Notes: generated from the sequence alone by a model not told the origin. 64,000 bases of DNA from Cyanobacteriota bacterium (GCA_046045965.1 JBJOKS010000024.1:35281-99280); one strand, 5' to 3'; counted from the stretch's first letter, positions 55,031 through 63,599 are shown. Translations and numbers: made by a program.

Positions 55031-55321
55031 ATGCCTAATTTATCAGGAAAGCACATTTCTTACTGGATTGACTCAACACCCAAAACCAATTTTCCATCCC
55101 TCAGCAATAATTTATCTGTAGATGTTGCTATTGTTGGTGCTGGTATCGTAGGAATAACAGCAGCTACATTACTTAAACGTGCAGGTAAAACCGTCGCTAT
55201 CATAGAATCAAACGCAATATCTACTGGTACAAGTGGTCATACTACAGCCAAAATTACCTCACTTCATCAATTAGTTTATGCTGATTTGATTAAAAATCAT
55301 GGTGAAGAAAAAGCACATTAA
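55031..55321 (+). pseudogene. FAD-dependent oxidoreductase, N-terminal 96 aa only
   Basis: SYWIDS...DVAIVGAGIVGITAA...GTSGHTTAKIT; ends at the MITE boundary and the remainder is absent. Confidence 0.85.
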
Positions 55322-55524
55322 TAGGACTTACGCACTGTACAAATTCACCATGATGTGAGTGAACGAGAATCCGTCGTTTCAGGCTTTTGGCGATTAACTT
55401 CCGCTCAATAGCGAACTGCTTGCAGCAGCACTTCGCTATCGCTCAAAAATCATCAAAAAATCACGTTAAAATGCCCGAAACCCATACCTCATATTTGGTT
55501 GATCCTGTCAATGCGTAAGTCCTA
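55322..55524. mobile_element. MITE-like element, 203 bp, 13-bp TIR TAGGACTTACGCA, flanked by ATTAA
   Basis: taggacttacgca (55322-34) ... tgcgtaagtccta (55512-24); ATTAA on both sides; no coding capacity. Confidence 0.85.
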
Positions 55525-55536
55525 ATTAATATAAAG

Positions 55537-56265
55537 TTAACGCCATCCTAAGTTGGTCTTAATTTCCGCAACATTGATTACTGCTGCAATTAATTTATAG
55601 CAAAAACCATCAAAAGGTTCTCCTAAGCTGATCGTTAATGTAAATTTATCAGGTTCAAAATTTTTAAGTTCAAGAATTTCTATCACTTCTTCACAAGAAT
55701 ATAATCCATCTTCAAGATCATCAAGTTTAGATTTCCATACATAATCAGTAATTGGTAAATCATATTTATTTCCATTTAGCCAAAAATTAGCCCTAAATTT
55801 TTTCTCATTTTGCTCAGTTTTAATGTACCATTGGAGTTGACGAGGTTTGACCAATGCTAATGAAGACTGAGCAGGAGATTTTTTTAAATCTTCATAATTA
55901 ACTTTTCGTTCTGAATTTCCTAACAGTTCTTGAGCAGAAGAATGTTTAGCAATTTCTGGATTTAAAAGCTTTCTAGCTTGTTCTAGTGTTGCAGTATCTA
56001 TAATTTCCCAAGACTTATTTGTTGCTATCACCCAATTTTCAGGTTGATGAAATTTCGGTTCAGGTTGAATACAATGAACTCTAATAATATCAAATAATTC
56101 CGGTACTTTACCATTTTTAGTAATGTAATGTTCTGGATATAAAGTCCCATCTTTTTTATTAGAAATAGGCCGCAACCATCCAGAACCATCGGTTTTTATA
56201 CCCGCAATACAAAGTCCACCATGTTTAGTAGATTTGGCTAAACAAATAATATCAAATATGAACAT
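55537..56265 (-). CDS. Dual OB-fold-like domain protein
   Basis: IICLAKSTKHGGLCIAG...WLRPIS...HQPENW...SSLALVKP...FRANF...YDLPITD...LTISLGEPFDGFCYKLIAAVI. Confidence 0.75.
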   Translation of the reverse strand: MFIFDIICLAKSTKHGGLCIAGIKTDGSGWLRPISNKKDGTLYPEHYITKNGKVPELFDIIRVHCIQPEPKFHQPENWVIATNKSWEIIDTATLEQARKLLNPEIAKHSSAQELLGNSERKVNYEDLKKSPAQSSLALVKPRQLQWYIKTEQNEKKFRANFWLNGNKYDLPITDYVWKSKLDDLEDGLYSCEEVIEILELKNFEPDKFTLTISLGEPFDGFCYKLIAAVINVAEIKTNLGWR

Positions 56266-56388
56266 CTTGTAGTCTCATTAGCACCTTACTTGTTTCAGTA
56301 ATAGTAAAATGAGAAGATTCTAAAAATGAACAGTAAAACTACTTAACGCTTAAACAAAACATAAAGATAACCATGTCTGGAAATATAC

Positions 56389-56847
56389 TCAAAGATGATG
56401 AATTTTAATACTTTTATCTAATTTACCTTGCAAATATTCAGCTACTAACCGACGATGACAGTTATGGGGTTTGAGTTCACTACACAACAAACAACTTTTA
56501 TCTATCATATCTATAGATAATTTCTTTTCAATTTGTCGTTGTGAAATCAAAAGATTAAATTTTTCCTCATAGACATCCCAGGTAATTTGCTTTTTTTTAT
56601 AAGCATCTAAAATATCTTGAGTAGGTGCTAAATCAAGAATATGGACATATTCAATATCTGCAATTTTACGCAGAAAATATTGTAAATCTTGCTTTTTTGC
56701 AAATCCCGCAAGTTGAGAAACATTATTTAATCTGGTATCAATCACTCTTTTCACACCAGATTTTATCAATGTCTCAAAAAATTGTTCTGCTTTTTTTTGA
56801 GTAAACCCAATGGTAAATAAATTCACTTCTTGATTTTCCTTATTCAT
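56389..56847 (-). CDS. DUF488 family protein
   Basis: LFTIGFTQKKAEQFF...IDTRLNNVSQLAGFAK...LLCSELKPHNCHRRLVAEYL; start overlaps the upstream stop. Confidence 0.9.
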   Translation of the reverse strand: MNKENQEVNLFTIGFTQKKAEQFFETLIKSGVKRVIDTRLNNVSQLAGFAKKQDLQYFLRKIADIEYVHILDLAPTQDILDAYKKKQITWDVYEEKFNLLISQRQIEKKLSIDMIDKSCLLCSELKPHNCHRRLVAEYLQGKLDKSIKIHHL

Positions 56848-57496
56848 GTTCATCCTTATTTTCTGTATATGCGACTTTTTCACCATGTAATTGATATGCT
56901 TTTTCTACCAACTCCGCACGGGTAAAAGTTTTTTCAATAGTTTGGGTAGACTGCATATCAAACAGAGAAAGTTGTTTTGCAAAACTTTGATTTTCTGGAA
57001 GCAACTTATATAAATCGTGTAGTTTTAAAACTCGATTTTCTAAATCTTCATTAGCTTCTAAATCTCCATTTTTATGAATATGATAAATATCCAAACCTGC
57101 ATTTTTTAAATGAGGGGAAATCAAAATTGCCCGATGACAAACAATGGGGTCTTGTTCTGCACACATTAAACTAATTTGGAATTTTTGTGAACCTTGAATT
57201 AAACGATCTAAACCTAATTTAAACGCTTCCGTTGCAGCAATTAAATCATATCTGGCCATCCCATCAACATAACAAATTCTATCACTAGGACGCGCACCCA
57301 AATTATCACCCAAAGGAACATAAGCGATATTTACAGTTTTCAATGCAGCTTTTAAATTAGATTGATTAAACTGGGGAAACCTGCGACTATAGGGACTAGA
57401 ACGGACATCAGCTAAAGCTGTAACATCGTGTTTTTGTAATAGTTCAATAAAAGATTCTATGGTGTGGTTGGAATGTCCAATAGTAAAAGTTTTCAT
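56840..57496 (-). CDS. DUF488 family protein
   Basis: FTIGHSNH...DVRSSPYSRRFPQFN...LMCAEQDPIVCHRAILI. Confidence 0.9.
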   Translation of the reverse strand: MKTFTIGHSNHTIESFIELLQKHDVTALADVRSSPYSRRFPQFNQSNLKAALKTVNIAYVPLGDNLGARPSDRICYVDGMARYDLIAATEAFKLGLDRLIQGSQKFQISLMCAEQDPIVCHRAILISPHLKNAGLDIYHIHKNGDLEANEDLENRVLKLHDLYKLLPENQSFAKQLSLFDMQSTQTIEKTFTRAELVEKAYQLHGEKVAYTENKDEHE

Positions 57497-57610
57497 AGAG
57501 GTTTTATTAAAATCCTGAAAAATGATTATATCATTTATTTGTCAAATACAGTAAAAAATATCTGCGTCTATCTGCGTTCATCTGCGTTAAATTACTGTTA
57601 GCAGAATTAC

Positions 57611-58219
57611 TTAACTAATAATACCAATCAGAATTTTTACCAAAATTGATAAATCTTCAGGAACTCGATAACGTTTTTGGTCTTGAGTTACTTGACGACT
57701 GGTGCGGTTATAAACTCCAAAACGCCAATCTTCACCAGTAGTAACCGCACCATAAATAAGATTAGAAGTTGATTTTGTCCATTCATCCAGTGCAATTAAT
57801 TCTATAGCAAGTTGAGTAAAACCTCTAACTAAATCAGATTGTTTAGCTTCAATCACTAGGAGATTTTGAGGTGAGGGAATATAATAATCTAATGTTCCTT
57901 TTAAATAATCATTTACTGCAATAGAATATTCTATATTCAGTCGTTGATTAGTTAAATCACAAACTTCAAATAAAATCGGACCAATTAATGCTTCCCTTCT
58001 TGCAGTTTCATTGACTAAATCAATATGAGATAAATTGCGTTGAATTTGACGGTTTAAAAATTCCAAGTTTAAAGTTTCTGAATATTCAGGAAGTGTTAAA
58101 TTTTTTCTTTCAACAGTACAGTTTAATTCTGCTAAAATGTCATCAAGTGTAAAAGTTAATTCAAAATATCTACTAAAAGTATAAGATTCACCAGGTTTAA
58201 GAATGCGACGGGAACTCAT
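57611..58219 (-). CDS. Hypothetical PD-(D/E)XK/restriction-endonuclease-fold protein
   Basis: NETARRE...GTLDY...LLVIEAKQ...GFTQLAIEL...YGAVTTGEDWRFG. Confidence 0.75.
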   Translation of the reverse strand: MSSRRILKPGESYTFSRYFELTFTLDDILAELNCTVERKNLTLPEYSETLNLEFLNRQIQRNLSHIDLVNETARREALIGPILFEVCDLTNQRLNIEYSIAVNDYLKGTLDYYIPSPQNLLVIEAKQSDLVRGFTQLAIELIALDEWTKSTSNLIYGAVTTGEDWRFGVYNRTSRQVTQDQKRYRVPEDLSILVKILIGIIS

Positions 58220-58297
58220 AATACAACTTTGGGAAGAGATGATATTGATTGAACAATTATAATTGTATAATAAGAGAAGTGCAGTATATTCATAAAT

Positions 58298-58540
58298 ATG
58301 AACACAAAACCCTCCCCTAGCGAAAGAGATGAAATTCTCAAATGGTTAAACAAAAACCGTCATCAATTATTGGATTTATATAAAAATCAATATGTTGCTT
58401 ATAATGCGAATGGGATAATCGCACATAGCGAAAATTTACAAGAAGTTTTAGAATTAGCTAAAGCAGCAAAACAGAATTTTTTAATTTATTTAGTTCCTCA
58501 TCACACCTCATCTGTACAAATTTTACCAATTTCCAAGTAA
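58298..58540 (+). CDS. DUF5678-like small protein, possibly 3'-truncated
   Basis: WLNKNRHQLLDLYKNQYVAYNANGIIAHSENLQEV. Confidence 0.7.
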   Translation: MNTKPSPSERDEILKWLNKNRHQLLDLYKNQYVAYNANGIIAHSENLQEVLELAKAAKQNFLIYLVPHHTSSVQILPISK

Positions 58541-58592
58541 GATCGGAAGGTGTAAGATTGATTTTCTGATAATATTTTTATACGAGTCATAA

Positions 58593-58708
58593 TTTGTCTG
58601 AATCAGGATGTCCAGGATTTGAGGATTTGCAGGATAAGAACGCAGATAAACGCAGATAAACGCAGATTGTCTGAATCAGGATATCCAGGATTTTAGGATT
58701 TACAGGAT
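58593..58708 (+). repeat. Two direct R1 copies sandwiching an (AACGCAGATA)x3 array
   Basis: 58593-58635 and 58667-58708. Confidence 0.85.
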
Positions 58709-58727
58709 TTAGACAATATAGTATTAT

Positions 58728-58958
58728 TTAAGCAACCTGTAATGGTTTTTTAGGCAGCATTCTCGGTTCTGGTAATACTTTATTTTCTTCCTTCAACATT
58801 TCCACAAAAGTCTCAATTACTTCCTGACCATTTCTAGCAGCTTCCTCATAAGTTCTACCATGTGTATGAAACTCTTGCCAGGGAAACTCAGGTAAGTGAA
58901 CTAAAAAAAGTTGATCCTCTTCTGACCATTGAATTACCATACTGTAGTGATAGTTCAT
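58728..58958 (-). CDS. hicB: HicB family antitoxin
   Basis: YSMVIQWSEEDQLFLVHLPEF...THGRTYEEAARNGQEV...LPEP. Confidence 0.9.
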   Translation of the reverse strand: MNYHYSMVIQWSEEDQLFLVHLPEFPWQEFHTHGRTYEEAARNGQEVIETFVEMLKEENKVLPEPRMLPKKPLQVA

Positions 58959-59194
58959 TCTTCACCTTCCTGATTTTCTGAGTTTTCCAATTCTTTAAGC
59001 TTTTTCAGCACCCGTTGAATATTTCTCTCTAAATATAACGGCGCATCATCCCCATCTTTTCCTGGTATGGTTAAAGGTTCTTCTGGTAATAACGGATGTT
59101 TCCAATAAGTATGACTTCCTTTACCTCTACCTGGTTGAAGGACATACCCAACTTTTACAACCATTGCTTTCAATTCTCTAATCTTCTTCGGCAT
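58955..59194 (-). CDS. hicA: HicA family toxin
   Basis: MPKKIRELK...GRGKGSHTYWKHP...TIPGKDGDDA; ATGA overlap with hicB. Confidence 0.9.
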   Translation of the reverse strand: MPKKIRELKAMVVKVGYVLQPGRGKGSHTYWKHPLLPEEPLTIPGKDGDDAPLYLERNIQRVLKKLKELENSENQEGEE

Positions 59195-59320
59195 TTCCTC
59201 TTAGCACCCTGATGGTTTATATTTTATTCTATCCCTGTCAAAAATAGATCAGCAATTTTCAATTATTATTCTACGGATACAATCATAAAACTATAATATT
59301 ATCATTCCCTAATTACGTCT

Positions 59321-59893
59321 ATGACCACCATCAAAGAACAACTAATTGCAGCCATTGAAAACACTCCAGAACCGATACTGGAACAAACCCTCGACTATCT
59401 CGAATATCTCAAAACTAAAACAAATACCTCCACCATCAAATCAACTAATATTTCTGTAGAAGATGGAGAACCAATATTACGCGGATCTAAAGCCAAAGAT
59501 TTGCTCAAATTTGCTGGAACTTGGCAAGGTGAAGACTTCGAGAAATGTTTTAATAATTCATGTTCTGAAGAAGTTAACCATGATTTAAAGAGTCAAGATA
59601 TAGTTATAGCAAGAGTAAAGCAAGTAATTTCAGAAGAATTATCAATAGATGTAGAAAATATAAGTTTAGATCACTCCATTTTTTTAGGACAATATCTTAG
59701 TACAGGTTTCTTTTCATCATCATCAGATAACTTTGATCTTCCATATAATGATTTGGGTATTGATCAACTAGATGCTGTAGAATTATTAAGGGCTATAGAA
59801 GAAAAGTTTAATCTTGAAATTTCTGATGCAGAAGCCGAGATGATCAGGACAGTTCAAGAGCTTGTTAATTTCATTTCATCTAAATTAAATTAA
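59321..59893 (+). CDS. Chimeric protein: DUF2281-like antitoxin N-terminus + acyl-carrier-protein-like C-terminus
   Basis: N: EQLIAAIENTPEPILEQTLDYLEYLK...LLKFAGTWQGEDFE. C: RVKQVISEELSID...DLGIDQLDAVELLRAIEEKFNLEISDAEAEMIRTVQELVNFI. Confidence 0.75.
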   Translation: MTTIKEQLIAAIENTPEPILEQTLDYLEYLKTKTNTSTIKSTNISVEDGEPILRGSKAKDLLKFAGTWQGEDFEKCFNNSCSEEVNHDLKSQDIVIARVKQVISEELSIDVENISLDHSIFLGQYLSTGFFSSSSDNFDLPYNDLGIDQLDAVELLRAIEEKFNLEISDAEAEMIRTVQELVNFISSKLN

Positions 59894-59896
59894 GAG

Positions 59897-60340
59897 TTAT
59901 CTAAAAATTACTTCCTCCCTAATTTCAATATCTAAAGCACGTTGAATTTTCAAAATTTTACTAAAACTTGAATTAGCATACATATTAGCTTCATCGCGTT
60001 GCACCTGTTGTTCCTTCACATTTAAAAGTTCTGCTAATTGTGCCTGAGTCAAACCGCGAAAAATCCGTGCTTTAATTAAAGCTTCTGGTAATTCTTCCAA
60101 AGATTTACATTCTAATTTATGTATTTTTCTATCCTTGAGATTTTCATATTCTTCTACTTGTTCTAACAGTTCTTCTAGTTCACCATTGAGTGACGCTAGA
60201 TGTGATTTATATCGTAACTGTTCATTTTTATTATCTTCTGGAGGCACTTTTTTTTTCAGATTTTCTATAGCTGATTGAAATTTTTTAATTTGAGCTTTAG
60301 TAATCATATATTGACGTTCATTTAAAATCATAGTTAACAT
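59897..60340 (-). CDS. XRE-family HTH protein (antitoxin-like)
   Basis: MILNERQYMITK...LIKARIFRGLTQAQLAELLNVKEQQVQRDE. Confidence 0.85.
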   Translation of the reverse strand: MLTMILNERQYMITKAQIKKFQSAIENLKKKVPPEDNKNEQLRYKSHLASLNGELEELLEQVEEYENLKDRKIHKLECKSLEELPEALIKARIFRGLTQAQLAELLNVKEQQVQRDEANMYANSSFSKILKIQRALDIEIREEVIFR

Positions 60341-60403
60341 CCTTATTTATTAATCTTGGCAAGAATATTACCCAAGCTAGAATAATATTCTTTGGTTAAT
60401 GTT

Positions 60404-60838
60404 CTACATATCTATTGCTATAATACCTCTAATATTACCATTTCTATCTTTTTGAAAATATTCTAAAAAAGTATCATAATCATTAGCATAAGTTGAAGCG
60501 GGAAATATTTCACCCCCATAAATTCTTTTTTGCAATAATCTTTTATTCCTACCAGCATCTAATAAGTTTATATCTAAATTACTGAGAATTTCAAAATCTA
60601 CTTTTTCATCTTCCCAACATATATCAAAATCTTTTGGATAAGTTTTCCTACTCACAAAACTACCACCAATATAAATTCGACTACATCCGGCTTGTTTTAA
60701 TATTTCACTAACTCTTTTCATACCCTCTAAAAGCTGCTGACGGTGTTCATTAAAAGCTAGAACATCTTTTATTTCTTCCCAGCTAGAAAGATGAATACCC
60801 GCAGGTAAATTCCCATTTTGCTCGAACTTTGGGATCAT
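60404..60838 (-). CDS. DUF6932-like minimal nucleotidyltransferase-fold protein
   Basis: MIPKF..NGNLPAGIH...IYIGGSFVSRKTYPKDFD...YFQKDRNGNIRGII. Confidence 0.75.
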   Translation of the reverse strand: MIPKFEQNGNLPAGIHLSSWEEIKDVLAFNEHRQQLLEGMKRVSEILKQAGCSRIYIGGSFVSRKTYPKDFDICWEDEKVDFEILSNLDINLLDAGRNKRLLQKRIYGGEIFPASTYANDYDTFLEYFQKDRNGNIRGIIAIDM

Positions 60839-60970
60839 TTTTATTTATCCTTTTATTTAAAGTTGACATATCCATATCTCCCTCTACATCTAAGTCATCT
60901 AAAAAAATTAATTCTATTATAACACAATTTTTTTGTTGTGTTAACTATAATGGAAAATGTACCCACAAAA

Positions 60971-61009
60971 AAAGCGGGCTAACCGCTAATGCTTGGTTAA
61001 CCCGTTCAG
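60971..61009 (-). terminator. Terminator of the ycf46-ycf35 operon
   Basis: gcgggctaacc...ggttaacccgt hairpin followed by T8 on the minus strand. Confidence 0.7.
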
Positions 61010-61033
61010 CTTTGGGAACGCGCAGAGAAATTC

Positions 61034-61384
61034 TTATTGCAACACCAACTTAACGTTAGCGTTTTGCAAGCCGCGCTGTTTTACTTCAGCCAAAGTCTTG
61101 TTAACGGCATATTTTTGGTTAATAGAGTTGATCAACTCGGTTTGGTTGTGCTTCTTAGCAACGCCCCACAAATCAGCGATTAAATCAAAAGAACCATCGC
61201 TATTGCGAGACCAACCTAAATCGTACTCGCCTTCCAATACAGCAACGATGTCGGAACGTACACGCTGACCGTTATAACCACGAACATCAGCTTCAGTCTT
61301 TACGCTGATACCCAGGTCGCGCAAAGAAGATTTGAGGATTTCGGCATCGGTGATTTTGGTACGCAGAGTGCTAAAGTGAGACAT
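61034..61384 (-). CDS. ycf35: DUF1257 / Ycf35 protein
   Basis: MSHFSTLRTKI...VRGYNGQ...YDLGW...FDLIADLW...INQKYA. Confidence 0.9.
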   Translation of the reverse strand: MSHFSTLRTKITDAEILKSSLRDLGISVKTEADVRGYNGQRVRSDIVAVLEGEYDLGWSRNSDGSFDLIADLWGVAKKHNQTELINSINQKYAVNKTLAEVKQRGLQNANVKLVLQ

Positions 61385-61531
61385 TTGGGTTTCCTCCAAT
61401 GAGAAGATTGATGAGAAAAACGACAACGGTTTCTTTTTCAGCGAAGCCGCATTAATTTGGGAAGCGGCTTTTTTCGTAACCTGTTAGCTTTGTAGCTAAC
61501 CTTTCCCCCCTGACATTGCAGGAGAAAGCTT

Positions 61532-63043
61532 TTAGAACTCCATCCGCTGATATTCAGCGACAGAGGACGCTGCTGGTCTAGCACGCTGTCTGGCCCAGTC
61601 TCTTAAAGCTGTGACCTGTTCTTGCATCGTTCGTGACAGCGGCAAAGTTGCCTTGAGCGCAGCAATAATATCTAATTGGGTGAACTCCCGATCTTGGGCG
61701 AAAGCTTCATACATCGCCGCCACTATCGCTTGTTCAATTTCTGCCCCAGAAAAACCGTCTGACATCTTTGCTAGTTGTTCTAGATCAAATCTAGCAATAT
61801 CTTCTCGTCTTTTAGTCAGATGAATGTTGAAGATATCCTGACGTTCTTCAGGTGTGGGCAGATCCACAAAGAAAATTTCATCAAAGCGACCTTTTCTCAA
61901 AAACTCACCCGGTAAGCGTTCTACCCGGTTAGCAGTCGCCATTACGAAAACTGGAGATTTCTTTTCCTGCATCCAGGTCAGGAAAGAACCAAAAATTCTA
62001 CTTGATGTCCCCCCATCGGAATCACCAGAACCGGAACTACCCGCAAATGATTTATCCAACTCGTCAATAAACAGAATCGTTGGGGAAATTGATTCTGCTG
62101 TTTTCAGGGCGTTCCGCAGATTTGCTTCACTTCGACCCACCATTGAGCCATCGTAAACCCGCCCCATATCTAACCGCAAGATTGGTAAACCCCACAGACG
62201 GGAAGTAGTTTTGGCAATCAGTGACTTACCACAACCAGGAACACCGAGAATTAACATCCCTTTTGGTTGAGGCAAACCATACTCTCTAGCTCTTTCTGTG
62301 AAAGCGTTAGAGCGTTGTTTGAGCCACTTTTTCAACTCCTCCAAACCGCCCACAGCTTCAATAGTTTCATCTTCTTCTATGTATTCTAAGATACCGTTAC
62401 GGCGAATGAGTTGTTTCTTTTCCGATAAAACTATGCTTACTTCATCTTCCGTCAATCGCCCCGTTGTTACCTGAGCCTTACGATATACTTTCTCAGCTTC
62501 ATCTTTAGTTAGACCTAAAGCGGCTCTGAGAAGTTTTTCTCTAGCCTCAGTTGTCAACCGTCGTCCACGATGCTGCTCGTGATGGTGAGTTAAAACTTTA
62601 TTTAACTCTGACATATCCGGCAGTTGGAAGTCAATAACAACAACTTCTTTTTCTAGTTCTATCGGTACTTGCTGCATCGGAGACATCAAAATGATGTTCT
62701 TTTGCATTCCCTTAAAACTAGCGATCGCATCCCGAAGCGATCTAGTTGTTGCCGGAGCATCAATAAAAGGATGTAAATCTTTAAGAATAAATATACCGGG
62801 TTCTTTCTGCCGAATTATCCACTCAATCGCCGCCTCTGGCGAAACGGTATTGTGTTGAGTTGTACTCCGGGGTTGACCGTACTCCACTATACCGTGAGTT
62901 ACTGTCCAAACATAAACTCGACGTTGAGGCTTTAACAATTGAGCGATTGTGTAGATTGCTTGCTCTGCCCGTTCTTCCTCGGAGGTCACAAGGTAGATTA
63001 AAGGGTATTGAGCTTGAATTAGAATATTGAGCTCTTCTTTCAT
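61532..63043 (-). CDS. ycf46: Ycf46-type AAA ATPase
   Basis: AQYPLIYLVTSEEER; VGGLEELKKWL; GVPGCGKS; FIDELDK; LRKGRFDEIFFVDLP. Confidence 0.92.
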   Translation of the reverse strand: MKEELNILIQAQYPLIYLVTSEEERAEQAIYTIAQLLKPQRRVYVWTVTHGIVEYGQPRSTTQHNTVSPEAAIEWIIRQKEPGIFILKDLHPFIDAPATTRSLRDAIASFKGMQKNIILMSPMQQVPIELEKEVVVIDFQLPDMSELNKVLTHHHEQHRGRRLTTEAREKLLRAALGLTKDEAEKVYRKAQVTTGRLTEDEVSIVLSEKKQLIRRNGILEYIEEDETIEAVGGLEELKKWLKQRSNAFTERAREYGLPQPKGMLILGVPGCGKSLIAKTTSRLWGLPILRLDMGRVYDGSMVGRSEANLRNALKTAESISPTILFIDELDKSFAGSSGSGDSDGGTSSRIFGSFLTWMQEKKSPVFVMATANRVERLPGEFLRKGRFDEIFFVDLPTPEERQDIFNIHLTKRREDIARFDLEQLAKMSDGFSGAEIEQAIVAAMYEAFAQDREFTQLDIIAALKATLPLSRTMQEQVTALRDWARQRARPAASSVAEYQRMEF

Positions 63044-63139
63044 ATCTATCGACCTACTTGAGACCTTATAGAGACAGTACAATCATCGCCGCTGGTAAAG
63101 ACTACCGAAACTATGAATTGATCCATTCATAATTCCTAA

Positions 63140-63487
63140 CTAGCAGGGAACCAATTCTCCCTCACCCTTGGGGTGGGTTTCTTCTTCTTCCATTTCCTCA
63201 ATGGACAGATGTTCTTGACCAATTAATCCTGGCTGATTACCCAAAGCTACTAATTCCCCATTCCGCAAAACGAGTGAACTATCACAAGTGGGACAGGAAT
63301 AAACCCTGTGTGTTTTGCCGTAAGAAGACTCTTCAAATTCTTCTACTAATTCTGAGTTGGTCAGGTAGAAATTGAGCGCCCGTTCTGCAAGGTCAGACAT
63401 TGGTTCTGAATCTACTGCGGAACGAATCTTTAGCCTTCTGTGCAATTCCGGCGATAAATACAACGTTACCTTTTGCTTAGTTTGCAT
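63140..63487 (-). CDS. Conserved RHH-like + CxxC hypothetical protein upstream of ycf46
   Basis: KQKVTLYLSPELHRRLKIRSA...MSDLAERAL; YSCPTC. Confidence 0.8.
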   Translation of the reverse strand: MQTKQKVTLYLSPELHRRLKIRSAVDSEPMSDLAERALNFYLTNSELVEEFEESSYGKTHRVYSCPTCDSSLVLRNGELVALGNQPGLIGQEHLSIEEMEEEETHPKGEGELVPC

Positions 63488-63599
63488 ATGACTATTTAAC
63501 GGTCTTACCCGGGTATGTAAATAACGTTATCGGTTCTTTGATTTCTTGTCAAGCCAGTAAGACAGTTTGATGGCTATTTTGTTACATTTCTTCATAAAA

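Noticed and set aside
58541..58590. Short minus-strand frame MTRIKNIIRKSILHLPI next to R1
   Set aside because: Too short to assign; may be a gene-start remnant but unsupported
561..58708. R1 and ATCTGCGTTY repeats as a CRISPR array
   Set aside because: Dispersed, mixed orientation, no regular unique spacers and no cas genes
4122..62728. High frequency of GCGATCGC
   Set aside because: This is HIP1, a well-known cyanobacterial feature; useful only as a taxonomic cue
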